Assembly (NCBI GenBank): GCA_946965045.2
Contig: OX337232.1
Coordinates: 682,001-746,000 of the forward strand
Reading direction: 5' to 3'
Source: Epithemia pelagica
Lineage: Eukaryota > Protista > Bacillariophyta
DNA length: 64,000 nt
Shown here: in pieces, positions 10,007 through 21,399 of the stretch
How positions within the stretch are numbered: the first letter of the stretch is position 1
Layout of the letters: every line of letters begins with the position of its first letter
Notes under the pieces: generated by a model
Seen by the model: the letters and a program-made list of their open reading frames with translations, nothing else
Database searches by the model: none
Told to the model about the DNA's origin: nothing
Position numbers and translations under genes: made by a program

Positions 10007-10886
10007 AGAGCGTAATGAATCTTCATTCTGGGCCGTTGTTGAGATGCGTAGTAGTTTTCGATGGCTTCAAGGATGATGTTGTGAGCTTTTCGTTGTCCAA
10101 CGGCGACAATTTGCGTAGATCCCGCCGCAATTCTGCGCCGCGTCAAGGGACAAGATGATGATGTTGTGAGTTGTGAGAGAGGTCGTTACGATGTGGACAG
10201 CGCTGCGGCTACCCCCAAGCAAGGGTGAGTTGCCTGGTCGCGCATGAATCTTCTATTTTGCACCCAATAGTATACGATTCGCTAGAATACCCCACACATG
10301 TGCGACTAAGCACTCGTTTCTTGGAAGTAGCCCACATTTTGTATGTGTGGTCTGTGGTAGGGACTGAATATGGATAGCGAGTCACGGGTCTTTGGTAAGT
10401 ACTTCTTGGGGTGAGTGGAAGCAGCAAATCGATTCTGTTGTGGATGCCGCCGTGCTCGCTACCAATCTACCTAGAGTTAGCGATTGAGCACTCACCTCTA
10501 TTTTTCTTTATGGGCATATCAAATAATCACGCCAGCCGAGTCAACTTCTCCTAAGAAGCAGAGCAAACCGCACCATAAGGTCAAGATCTGACGTGGTACA
10601 TTGCGCCAGCCTATCACTTTCGTAAGCATGCCACGCGTACACGGAAGCAGAAAAAGTGGTCGGAAACCAAGACACCCCCATCAAAGAGGGACACAATTAT
10701 TCTTTCTTCTGAGAGACGATTGCAATCGACATTGCGACTATAATATACAATGCAAGCACAGAGAATCAATGACATGATGGCATCCGGAAGCTCAGGTTTC
10801 TCGAGTTCTTGCTTCAAAATGGGAAACGATCTACGATCCAAATAGTCTCGTTTCTTGCATCAAGAAATGGTTCTCATTCTTTTTGA

Positions 10887-11876
10887 CCCAGTAACAGTCA
10901 GTTACCGCCCCATCTCCCATCTTCTTCGATAAAGAAGGAGCCGACTACAACAAGTACTTTCGAGTCTACAGAAAAGGCTGTCTTTTGTTTTCTTTCGGGA
11001 ACTCAAATTCTGGGACTTGATGAGATTCAACCTCGTCAATTGCTGTCCCAGCAACCGGAACGACGCGTCATTTCCAACGACAATGCCTTGGCCTATATCA
11101 TGATTTCGCATCGCTGAATGGCTCCTCAAAGCCCAGATGCAGATGGAAGTCAATTGGCCGCCATTCAACAATTGGTGCGCTACATAGAGCAACTTCTCAA
11201 GGCCGTCCTCGTGAACAACAACAACAACCATGAGGGCATGGTCGAGAACAAGGCCCGCTTCCTCTCATCGTGGCCCCAAGACTTGCACCAGCTCGTGGAA
11301 GGCATGCCACAAGCGGTCTCGTTGGTGTCTCGGATCGTCGCGGGGCTTTCTCCCGATCATGACCGATTCTCCGAATATGCGCAACAACCCTTGGACCACA
11401 TTTGGTTATGGTATGATTGTGCCTGTTTGCCCCAAATTTTTCCAAATGGTCGAACACGAGAAGAAACACACGAATTTTGTGTCGGTTTGCAAAACTTGGA
11501 CTTGTTGGCCCAAAAATGCCATTTGGTTTGTCTCTTGACCAAGGACTATTACCAACGAGCCTGGTGTGCCTTTGAACATTATCAAAAGGCCTTGGATCAT
11601 GGAGTGGGTGGAGCCATTACTATGCAATGTCATCAAGTAGTAGAGAAACAGCTCGTTGATTGGTGCCTTTTTCCCAAAGCCAACCACAATGACGACAACA
11701 ACGGCATGACAATGCAAGATGAGGATTCGAGTACAAATAATATGGAACTGCTCCAGGTTCTGGCGCAAGTACAAGACGTCATGAAAGAATCTCGTCAAGA
11801 AGAGTTTGAAACCGCACAAGTTCTTTGGAACAAACTGTTTGCGGACGTTCAAGCGTCCAATGCCTCTCTAAAATAA
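10887..11876 (+). pseudogene. HET-like domain protein with an in-frame TGA at 11115-11117
   Basis: Frame is open from 10887: FCFLSGTQIL...YIMISHR*MAPQSPDADGSQL...LWYDCACLPQ...DYYQRAWCAFE. The stop replaces the Trp of SHRW. Confidence 0.7.
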
Positions 11877-11921
11877 CCAATAAAAAGACCTCACGCGTCC
11901 GATGGTGGAGACTCGCCAACG

Positions 11922-14846
11922 GTGCAAGAACACGGTCGTACTTCAGCAGACAAAGAAAACAACACACAGAACAGCCAACGCAATGAGAACGTGCCACGAA
12001 AAGTCCGCAAGCCATCCGGTAATCGAAAAGGAGGGTGTTCTCGGTTTCTTGGGTGGTGCTACCCCGCATCCGTACCATCGCAAGTTGTGTCATCCACCAG
12101 TAGTTCACAGCAGGTGAACGACGAAGCACACAACAAAAACGGCAAAGAGCTTCTCCAGCACTTGGAACCAATGCGACATCCACAAAAGCCATGCACCAGT
12201 CGTGTTCGTTGTCAAAGTATTCCTGTCCCAGACCTTTCAAAGTCTCGGTTCCGTATTCAAAATTCCACTGCCACAATCTCTCCATCGAACCCTCCTTTGC
12301 AAATGGCCATGACATTTTTGATGAGGGAGCTATATACCGCCATTTTTTCCATGTCATGTCGAGACGCACAAGTCCCCAATTCCCAACAAGGGGACGGTAG
12401 CTACCCAGAACGCCCACCAGTTCCAGGAGACTACAATGCCTGTGTTGTCAATGTCGGAATTCGCTGTGGCCTCCATGACCATTCTAAAGCCTGTTCGTTG
12501 GAAGAGCAAAGTGCAAAGTTACAGCGGGCCATGGAAACCTTGACAATGACAGGAGGGTCTACACATTCAACGAAACGCGTAGTTCTCTGTGAGCTTCGGG
12601 TCACGATCGATTTGTTTCAATTGGCCGGATCGATCTTGACACGATTTGGTCTGGAATGCACCAACTCGGACGATGCCGCCTTTGTCGGATTGCTTTCTCT
12701 TCGCAACACGTTGCTGGAAGAACGAATTCCTTCTTCGTGTGCTGGTGGGTACGATAAGAGTCATCCGCAGGAGACCAAACAAACACTGTCCATTGACCCT
12801 GGCCCTCTCCATTTGATTCGTCATGCTATTGTAAAAGCAGTCGAGCTTTACTCTAATGCTTTGTCAACTGGGGTTAAAATCAAGTCACTTCCAGTTGAAA
12901 TTTTGTTACGTTTGCCGAGATGGGTGTTGCTCGACATGGCATGTACCAAGCTGGGTGCCAATTCCAATGTGAGCCTCAAGAATTGGTTTGATCTGGGACA
13001 TGAGGCATATTCGTATTTGAAAGAGAATCCAGACAGCCTATCCTTCTCGTTTGACACCACTGATCCTCCCTTGCATCACTCCTTTTGTCAACAAGAACCT
13101 GCATGTATGGGAGGATGGGCACCATGTCGTCACGATGTTCCTCAGTGTTTGAGACCTATTATTTCATCCGTTGTGAATGGGCCCTCCACGTTGGATCCAT
13201 GGGTCACAACTACGTTGCCCGTGAAACGGGCGGGTTTCTCGTGTCTGGCCACGAATCATTATCTTTATGTCATTGGCGGTACCAATGGCGACGCCGATCC
13301 CGACACAGGAATCTTTACCACCTGCTTTACCTCTGTGTACCGAACCAAGCTCCCTCTGTCACCCATGTTAACTTGGAGCTCCTGTGCACCCGAATTGTCC
13401 GTCGCCCGACGCAATCATACCGGATGTGTGCACTACGATTTCAATGGCAACCCAATGGCGCTTGTCGTGTGCGGCGGTCGAGCCGAAGCCATGCCAGGTA
13501 GAAAGGAGGGCCGGCTACTGTCATCCATGGAATTTTTGCGCATGACCGATGAGAAAGACGGTGGTTTGACAAGAAGCGAAGTACCTCCAATGCCTTGCGG
13601 GAGATCAGGTCACCACATGGTATCCATGGGCAACTTCCTTTTTGTCATTGGTGGAACCACAGAGGTCAATGGTGTAGGCGTCGCGGAGAATAGTCGCAAC
13701 TGCGATATCTTTCACGTTCCCTCCAATACCTGGTATGCGGACCGGGGTCCACGATTTCCAACCGAGATTTCAGGAGGTAGCATGATTGTGGTCCGACATC
13801 GATTCGTGTTCTTGTTTGGTGGCATCATCGGCTCTGATTTGTCCGATGCTTCATGGATATTGGACTTGAAACCATGGACAGCATGGGCTGCGGCTACGTT
13901 TCCACTCGACCAACGCCCCAGTGTTGGTTGGATCCAGGGGCCCCAACTCCCTACAACTATGCTCACACCCAACATGTGGTTGGCTTCCTGTGAAGATACG
14001 GGGTTGCCTCGTGAGTGGATCTTGTCAGTCGGACCCATGCCCAGTGGCACCTTTTGTTTTGGAATGGAGTTACCACCCCCAAAGGCCATTGATCATTGCA
14101 ATGCCAAATGGACCACCGACCCAAACAACAGAAAACATGCGTCCCTAGAAATCGATTTGTCGCCACAGGAAAGTCCAGGGAACAAAATCAAGCATGTGGT
14201 AAAATGGAAGCGTTTGGGAGCTGTACCGAATAGCACTGCCATGGGAGCGACCCTCGTGACTCCGGGAGGGGTCTTGGCCATCATTGGAGGTGTCAGTTTG
14301 AATGCTTCGGACCAAGTCTGCAACAAGGTACATTTTCGCAAGCTGATGCTAGAACGGCAGCAACACCATCAACCAGAAAATCACAACGTGGATAGGGCTG
14401 AAAACGTCTCTCCCGCTACGCTTAGCAAGTCTTCTCCTTGTCCGCTGCTTCCAGTGGGAGAAGTGGAAGACATGGGACCGGCATCCCTGGAAACCTTGGG
14501 CCAACCACGTAATCAAAAGCTCTTGTTGAACGACCATTACCTCATTGCTCGATTGGGCTTTCCCTGGACCGAATCGGAGCTTTTTGATCACGACCCAGAC
14601 CGGGAAGCAGCTTGTACAAGGAAACTGGTGGTTCTTGATAGTACAGAGTTGCATTGTCAAGTCTGTCTCAATCAAACTGGGTCTGTGTCCATGGCCCGTG
14701 CTCACAACGATACGGCCTTGTTTGGGATTCGAGCCTCTCCATGTCACACGCATACTGATGTGTCACCACCTGAACGGATACGACGAATCCCTGTATGCAA
14801 CACGTGTCTCTGCGACTTGTACTATCATTCCCCAACCGACTACTGA
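11922..14846 (+). CDS. Kelch-repeat protein with a long N-terminal region and C-terminal CxxC pairs; start codon uncertain
   Basis: 974-aa ORF with LYVIGG, LVVCGG, LFVIGG, VFLFGG and LAIIGG kelch blades, and CQVC/CNTC near the end. Confidence 0.85.
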   Translation: MQEHGRTSADKENNTQNSQRNENVPRKVRKPSGNRKGGCSRFLGWCYPASVPSQVVSSTSSSQQVNDEAHNKNGKELLQHLEPMRHPQKPCTSRVRCQSIPVPDLSKSRFRIQNSTATISPSNPPLQMAMTFLMRELYTAIFSMSCRDAQVPNSQQGDGSYPERPPVPGDYNACVVNVGIRCGLHDHSKACSLEEQSAKLQRAMETLTMTGGSTHSTKRVVLCELRVTIDLFQLAGSILTRFGLECTNSDDAAFVGLLSLRNTLLEERIPSSCAGGYDKSHPQETKQTLSIDPGPLHLIRHAIVKAVELYSNALSTGVKIKSLPVEILLRLPRWVLLDMACTKLGANSNVSLKNWFDLGHEAYSYLKENPDSLSFSFDTTDPPLHHSFCQQEPACMGGWAPCRHDVPQCLRPIISSVVNGPSTLDPWVTTTLPVKRAGFSCLATNHYLYVIGGTNGDADPDTGIFTTCFTSVYRTKLPLSPMLTWSSCAPELSVARRNHTGCVHYDFNGNPMALVVCGGRAEAMPGRKEGRLLSSMEFLRMTDEKDGGLTRSEVPPMPCGRSGHHMVSMGNFLFVIGGTTEVNGVGVAENSRNCDIFHVPSNTWYADRGPRFPTEISGGSMIVVRHRFVFLFGGIIGSDLSDASWILDLKPWTAWAAATFPLDQRPSVGWIQGPQLPTTMLTPNMWLASCEDTGLPREWILSVGPMPSGTFCFGMELPPPKAIDHCNAKWTTDPNNRKHASLEIDLSPQESPGNKIKHVVKWKRLGAVPNSTAMGATLVTPGGVLAIIGGVSLNASDQVCNKVHFRKLMLERQQHHQPENHNVDRAENVSPATLSKSSPCPLLPVGEVEDMGPASLETLGQPRNQKLLLNDHYLIARLGFPWTESELFDHDPDREAACTRKLVVLDSTELHCQVCLNQTGSVSMARAHNDTALFGIRASPCHTHTDVSPPERIRRIPVCNTCLCDLYYHSPTDY

Positions 14847-15053
14847 TCACAGAACAATATGCTTACAATGAACCTTCATTTCGGCTTGGACAGACAACAG
14901 TACTATAAGACTATATACTGCACGTTGCCATATCCAGTTTCCTTGTCGTTTGTATAGTACGTGTCGCTCTCCTGTCTTTTGCTTGACGGCATTTGGCTGA
15001 AACATTTGTCAACAGGCCACCATTGTGGTATAACGTATGACTTGACACATTCT

Positions 15054-16238
15054 TCAAATCTGGAATCGAAAGGGCTCCGTTGCCAACAAGCGAGCAAACA
15101 GTCTTGTATTCTTGTCCACAAGGGACAGGATTTCACACGAATCTCGGTTGGTACGAGTACTCCCACCAATCAGAATGACACCCTTGGAAGTGACCGCCAG
15201 ACTATCGCGAAGCACTCGTGTCATTTTTGGAAGCTTCCATATTTTTTGGCGTTCCAGGTCCAGGACTTGAACCGACGTCAAGATCTCCACGCTCCCATTT
15301 TTCTTTTGCATCTTCCCCCCTGCAAACACCAGGCAGCAACCCACCTGCCCTGCCACCCGGTGACCTCGGTAGGTATCCATACCAAGATCCTTGAGAGTTT
15401 TCCATGGGTTTGATAATGGGAACACAGATGCTGCAGTTGCAGAGGAATCGTCCACCCAGTCCTCGAATTCTAGGTATTCTACATATCGTCGCGACTTGGA
15501 AGCATTGAACCCTCCAACGACATAAATACGTCGACCAATCACAGCAATTTGAGTACTGCGCCGAACTGCTTTCAAGGATGGTCCCAATGTGATGGAACAT
15601 TGAGCCTGATGAGCGGCTGTTTTCCAGGAATGTCTCGATTCGGGCCAAGAGGAGTCCCTCCCAGAGGCCGTATCGATAATCTCTACCGATGCAAAATTGT
15701 AGGCGTTGGTGTGTCCACCAGCGACCACAATGAATCGGTTCCGTACAGCGGCAGCGCCGCACTGGGCGCGTTTTGTGGACAAACGGCACTCCAACGTTTT
15801 CCATCGTGACGCACTATTGCTTTTGGCTGAAAGCAAGTCTTGAACATGAATTCGTTCAATTGTATCCAAGCAATTGCCCCCATATAATCCCCCAATGACA
15901 TAGAGAGCACCATTGCACACCACTGGGCTACCCCAACATCGTTTTTGGTTCATACAGGGTCCTTCCCGCCACTCTTTGACATGTTCCTCGTCATCAACAT
16001 TAAAAAGAAGAACCGACTTTTGCGTTCTCTTGTCTTTGGTCCTTCCTCCCACTACAACCACAATCTCCGATTGATTCTTGGTAGGATCTTTCACCACAAT
16101 GCAGGTGTGGCCGTGACGCGATCCGCCTAAAAGCGGAGGCCAATCGCATGACTTCCACTCTGGCTCGGATGTTTTGTTGTTGTCACAGTCGGTAAATTCC
16201 AAGCCAGATAAGAATGCTTGCTGTTGGGTTTTGTTCAT
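15054..16238 (-). CDS. Kelch-repeat beta-propeller protein
   Basis: Blades IVVVVGG, LYVIGG, FIVVAGG, IYVVGG, LVFAGG and VILIGG, with R-x-x-H/W spacing. Confidence 0.92.
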   Translation of the reverse strand: MNKTQQQAFLSGLEFTDCDNNKTSEPEWKSCDWPPLLGGSRHGHTCIVVKDPTKNQSEIVVVVGGRTKDKRTQKSVLLFNVDDEEHVKEWREGPCMNQKRCWGSPVVCNGALYVIGGLYGGNCLDTIERIHVQDLLSAKSNSASRWKTLECRLSTKRAQCGAAAVRNRFIVVAGGHTNAYNFASVEIIDTASGRDSSWPESRHSWKTAAHQAQCSITLGPSLKAVRRSTQIAVIGRRIYVVGGFNASKSRRYVEYLEFEDWVDDSSATAASVFPLSNPWKTLKDLGMDTYRGHRVAGQVGCCLVFAGGKMQKKNGSVEILTSVQVLDLERQKIWKLPKMTRVLRDSLAVTSKGVILIGGSTRTNRDSCEILSLVDKNTRLFARLLATEPFRFQI

Positions 16239-17207
16239 TGTCTCGAATCAACCAAGTTTTTTGGCACTGCGAATGCAAAAAGAATGACTCTTGTGATGTT
16301 TGCTCCATCCAACCTCTCGTTCCACGACACCGAACAGCCGCATCTCCCACCAGGTCCGTTTGGATGGCGTGTCCCTAAACCCATCTCCCATCGATCGAAA
16401 TCTTTCCTCCTCTTTGTTTCGCACCACCAGCATTCATTGCGGCGAGTAAATGCGACTGAATTCTTCCATCTGGACTTGCACTATGCGTTTTATTGTAGTC
16501 GTATCTTCTTCCCCTGTAAATCTCGTTGTCGTCTTCACACTTGAAGAGTCGCGACTTGCGACCTACTCCTATGACTTGACACGACCATGGTAGTAGCTCT
16601 TCCTAATAGTAGATACATTAATGCATTCCACAAGATTCTGCTGACTCTAGGATGCTGTCAAGCAGTGTTGTTGTAAGGTATATATATATCTAACACAGTG
16701 ATGTTGACGTTGGAGCTCCATGAACCACCCATACAAGTCCTCGTCATCTCCACAGCTCATACGTTTGCGGTGTCATGGTTTCATCCATTGTTGCCGAGGC
16801 ACCGATCAAAGTAGTTGTCCACATCATGATCTCCCACCATCGAGGTATGGAGCGATACATTGGGGTGAAAGCGTCCACGAGGAGTTTAAGCTTGGCCTTG
16901 TTCTGGGCTATAGATAGAGAACATTCATATCACATCTAAGAAAAAATGCCTCAAAGGTAACGTGTGTCTTCATTGGGACAACTGCACGAGCAGTGTACGA
17001 TTTGATCTGAATACATCCGCCCCATCAACGCCCACCCCTACGTGAGTCCCCAAAGACTATGTCATAGGATGTGGATACTATAAGTCTTTAAAGCCATACG
17101 TAAGTCTAAATCCTTGCCATCCTGGAACGGGAACGTGGAAGCAAATTCCTCCCATCAATCCGAAAGTTAAGTAAACAGCAAGTTGTCGGATTCGGAGCAA
17201 CGTTGTC

Positions 17208-18323
17208 TTACTTTCTGCAGAGTTCTGTAAGAACAGACTGCTTTGTGGTATCCAAACGACTGATGACAATGCTATCTCCTGGTAATTTTGCCCTCAGCTC
17301 GTCAACCAAGGATTCAAGAAACGGCACAACGATTTCTCTTCGTGTTTGCTCGTTGTTGTAGTCGCCTCCTTCTTGGGGGACCTTTGGGACTCCGACGGGG
17401 ATTTCGGAGGGCACCCACGACTGAATTACACCAGCGACTTTCTTTGTCTCTTCTTGGATCCCACTTTTGCTCTCCACTGAACCGAGAAACGCATTCAGAT
17501 AGGCGCCATCATTGGAAAAAATGCCTCGGTCTCGTGGCCAACTCCGCAGCGTGCTCGATGGAACTGTTTGAACAAAAAAGTTCAGTCCGGATAAAATGTC
17601 ACAGATCGCTTCAATTCGAAGCTCTTGGGTATAAAATTCACTGTTGTCCTTTCCACCAAAAAGCTCCTGTTCCCAACTTATTTCCAATGCTTGGCCGTCC
17701 TCATTTGCCAAGAGGAGTTCATCAAGCACCTTCTTCCCAACTTGGGACCAACTATATTGAAGCCCTTCTTGGCCATTCCAGATCACCATGCCTTGTGAGA
17801 TCAAACGGGCAGTGAGTCCCTCCGCTTGCTTGTAGATGCAAGTTTCGGCCATGGCCTGGGTAGTCGCGGGCGCAAGAACACATCGAAGGCCATTGATCCC
17901 TTCTCGGAGCTTTGTATGGTTTTTCTGGAGCTTTGTAATCTCTTCCTGGCGCTGTGCAATCTCATCCTGTTGCTTTGTAATCTCAGCACGTAAATCTTGC
18001 TGGGACTTCTTAATCTCATCCTGTTGCTTTGCAATCTCAGCACGTAAATCTTGCTGGGACTTCTTAATAGCTTCGAACGACGTCTTATACGCTTCGAACT
18101 CCTCTCGGAGATTGGACACCTCATCGAGCATAAAGTCCATTTTCTGGGAAAGACTGGAACGCTCACAATTGCGAAGTGATTCGCAGGGCTCAATGTCATC
18201 GCTCTTGGCCGAGAATGATTTGAATGTGAGCCCGCTGCTTGGCCGGGAAGACAACTGTCGTGGTTGGGGGAAGAACCTTGGCGATGCCAAAGGCAAGTTC
18301 TTCAATACCAATCGAGAATACAT
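17208..18323 (-). CDS. Unknown coiled-coil family protein, paralog 1 (starts MYSRLVLKN)
   Basis: Open ORF, highly similar to 24216 and 26505. Two 18-aa repeats. The upstream ATG at 18378 is out of frame. Confidence 0.75.
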   Translation of the reverse strand: MYSRLVLKNLPLASPRFFPQPRQLSSRPSSGLTFKSFSAKSDDIEPCESLRNCERSSLSQKMDFMLDEVSNLREEFEAYKTSFEAIKKSQQDLRAEIAKQQDEIKKSQQDLRAEITKQQDEIAQRQEEITKLQKNHTKLREGINGLRCVLAPATTQAMAETCIYKQAEGLTARLISQGMVIWNGQEGLQYSWSQVGKKVLDELLLANEDGQALEISWEQELFGGKDNSEFYTQELRIEAICDILSGLNFFVQTVPSSTLRSWPRDRGIFSNDGAYLNAFLGSVESKSGIQEETKKVAGVIQSWVPSEIPVGVPKVPQEGGDYNNEQTRREIVVPFLESLVDELRAKLPGDSIVISRLDTTKQSVLTELCRK

Positions 18324-18568
18324 ATCTATACGAAAGAAAGGAAAGAAAATTGACAAGGTACGACGATTGAAGCTTCATTCTGCGAAATATCTGTCAGCGA
18401 GCAACAGGTGTTGTTGCTGGTTGGTGGTGAAGGAATCCCCGCTACGCGACTGGAGTGTGGGGTAAACCTGATATTATCTGATACCAGAACGTAGATCTAT
18501 CTATATGGTTTCCATACGTATTGAAAAGATAGGTAGTCATAACAAAGGAGAACGGTCTAACGTAATTA

Positions 18569-19372
18569 GGCTATCTCCACCCGGGCCCGCTAAAGGCCCC
18601 AAAACCGCTATCGAACTCCACCATCTCCTCTAACCGCTAAACAGCTCCGCCATCCGCTATTTTTGCCGCTATTTAGGGCCCCGAATAGCGGGGAAAATAG
18701 CGGATAGCGGAGCAAAATATAACCATCGGCATAAATAAATTAACGTCTGCTGCCAACAGTGAAACTTTGAATCTCTCGTGTCGAAAACATGGCAATGGCA
18801 CGTATTGATTGTGACGATCGCTTACCATCTCTTTTTCCATTGTTGTGTTCCCTACTTCCTAAATTGGGACAAGAACCATGCACAGCAAGATGATTCGAGG
18901 ATCACGGATCGGAAGGAATGCAACAATCAAACAAATGCATCATTCAAACTATTGATGAGTTCGATTATCAATTATCAGACAATCAGTCGGAAATCGGACA
19001 GGGAATAGGAAGATTGGACTGCAACCTACAACCTACAACCTACATCTACATTGGCCATGAACAACAACATGATTCACCATGACAGTCAACAATGAAGAGG
19101 GAGAACAACGGGTCCTCCATCTTTGGTTTATGCTTTGTGCTCTCGTTGATTGTCTTGTTTGAATTCCGCAACTTCCGCGGTCGCACCCCTTTTTAACCGA
19201 AACAAAAGAGGGCATATGCGCAATGCGTACGCGCAACGCGAGATAGCGGCGTTCTTTTAACGGAGATCGTGGAGTTTATTTCCCTTTGGCTCCGCTAATC
19301 CGCTATCCGGATAGCGAGGCCAATCAGAAAGCCCCAATACGTCAGCATAGCGGCGCTCGGGTGGAGATAGCC
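18569..19372. mobile_element. Tourist-like Harbinger MITE (804 bp) nested in the 18453-21239 element
   Basis: TIR GGCTATCTCCACCCG / CGGGTGGAGATAGCC, TTA on both sides (18566-18568, 19373-19375) and many subterminal CCGCTA/TAGCGG motifs. Confidence 0.8.
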
Positions 19373-19436
19373 TTAGTGTAGCTAAACCCACCTCCACCCG
19401 GTCTTTCGACCACTACACTTAGCACTACTAGCTAGA

Positions 19437-19922
19437 CTAATCTTCTACTTCGACTTGGAATACATCGAGGTCGTTGTTTTCGATACGAAGCTGGACCAAA
19501 TTTACCACCGCCCCAAAAACCACATTGTGCCATCCAAGGTCACCTCTGTATTTGTCTTTTAGAATGTTGTACCTTTTGAAGTAGCTGTTGACTACCTCAT
19601 GTCGTGCTCTTGCATCAGCCATCATTTTGTCCATAAAGTTGTTGTGTCCAGACGGTGTAATGAAGTATTCTCCACCATCATTGTAGCCTCCATCTGCAAC
19701 CATCATTTCCCCTTCATCCACTTCGTCTATGAGCCAATCTCTGCTGATATTGAGGTCTGCCCATGTCCCACAAGGGTATGGGCCATTCCACCACACAATC
19801 CACCCAGTGTTGATGCATACTCCAATTTCATAACGCAGCCCAGGTCCCTTGAATTTGTGGGAAAACCACTTAGGGTCAAATGGATCAGACCCGGTCTGAT
19901 CCTGGTCAGACCAGAATACCAA
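19437..19922 (-). pseudogene. C-terminal half of a DDE_Tnp_4 (Harbinger/ISL2EU-type) transposase
   Basis: KWFSHKFKGPGLRYEIGVCINTGWIVWWNGP, ADGGY and RARHEVVNSYFK. The N-terminal DGT motif is missing. Confidence 0.88.
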
Positions 19923-20011
19923 TTACCCAGTATGCTTTCTTGGTCATAGTTTGGTTTCGCCAAAAAAACCACCCAGGTACTAAACTCCCCAACGTTCATT
20001 CCAAAATTGTT

Positions 20012-21056
20012 ATGACACGCTCTGGTAGGAACTCCCTTGGTGAAGGTCCCTTACTCTCTTGGGATTCCAGGACAGCAGACGCTGAGTACCTGGAAGACTT
20101 GGTAAAAAATCGTGCCTTTGCAGCAAGCGCTGCACCAAAGCAAGTGTGGTCTGATCATCCACAGTTCATGAAGTACAAGCTTGAATCATTTCGTACTGCA
20201 TTGAATAAACTCAAAAAAAAATATGGATACCATTTGAGAGATGGCCCAAAGGAACAGGACAGTAAGGTGACCAGCAAGGAAGAGAGTTTCAATCCATTGG
20301 AAGATGTTGAGGATGATGCAGACGACGACCTTCCCCCTGGTTCTGGTTTGTTTGGGAAGAAGAAGGCACCAGGTGCACCAGGTAAGTCATGGTACGTGAT
20401 CAAAATTGGCGACTTCTAATGTTCTCTCATCTATTGCTCTTTCTCTCTTTCTCTACAGATAAAATTAAGAGTATAGCTATGAATTTGTTACAAGGAAAAG
20501 AGAAAAAAGGTCTGGAGTCGCCGTTCCAGTTGGTGGTGCTGACCTTGGAGCATTGGAAAACAAGAGAAAGAAGTCAGAAAAGAAGGATATGATGAAAGAA
20601 TGGACGCCCCCTCATGTGCTGACCCAGTGGGTGGATCAGAACAAACAAAAGCATGTGGTTGTAGTGATCAACCTGCCCACTGGGGTTGCGCACAGAGATA
20701 CAACAAATTGCGACATTGAGGTTGGTGAGTCACAGAAGGAACTGATTGTGATTTGGCCTACCAATAGCACAGATGTGGGAGAACTGTTGAAGCAGTTCTC
20801 CCAGGAGTGGATGGAGAAGGATGAAAACATTCGTAAGAAATTGGCTCTAGAAGATGCATTCAATCAATTGAAAGAAAAACAGACTGATTATGTGAGATCC
20901 AAGTTTGTCCTCTCTTTGCCTTTTGCAGTACAGTCAAAGTTTGACTACAAGTTTTTGTTTGACACTATCAATGGATTTCGTGCATTGATGGTATTCCTAG
21001 AGGAACCGGATGCAAAATTCGAGGGTGGAATGCGCCACAAAATGGTGGCCCTTTAG
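20012..21056 (+). CDS. Harbinger accessory (second) gene, spliced; exon structure uncertain and may be frameshifted
   Basis: Two ORFs (20012-20419, ~20472-21056) inside the TIRs and opposite the transposase. GTAAGT donor at 20382, pyrimidine tract/CAG at 20458. Confidence 0.6.
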
Positions 21057-21399
21057 ATAGCTGTAAAGTGTTCTTGTGTCGCGGTTGCAAAAACCGGGTG
21101 GTGGTGGGGACCGATTACACTATATCTTAAGTTACCTATTATTCTGTTGATCGTATTACTAACCTAGCAATAGCTAACATAGTCGGTCTGCCTTTCTATG
21201 ATGACGTGGGGCTGATATTATCAGGTTTACCCCACACTCCTGCCTCGCAAAGGGCGACTGATCGTCAGGAGCCGATTTCCGAAGCACCTCGAAGAGCTTC
21301 CTGCTGGTTTACAAAAGATACCGATCGAAATCTTTGAAGCTCACTGGATTACTTTTAAAGTATACTCAAGCTTGATCCTCGAAATTCCTTCTTCACAAA

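Larger units (their letters stand above)
18453..21239. mobile_element. PIF/Harbinger-like DNA transposon (2787 bp), internally deleted, with CTG TSD
   Basis: TIR GAGTGTGGGGTAAACCTGATA / TATCAGGTTTACCCCACACTC. CTG at 18450-18452 and 21240-21242. The paralogous empty site CGA-CTG-CCTCG is at ~27631-27641. Confidence 0.92.
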
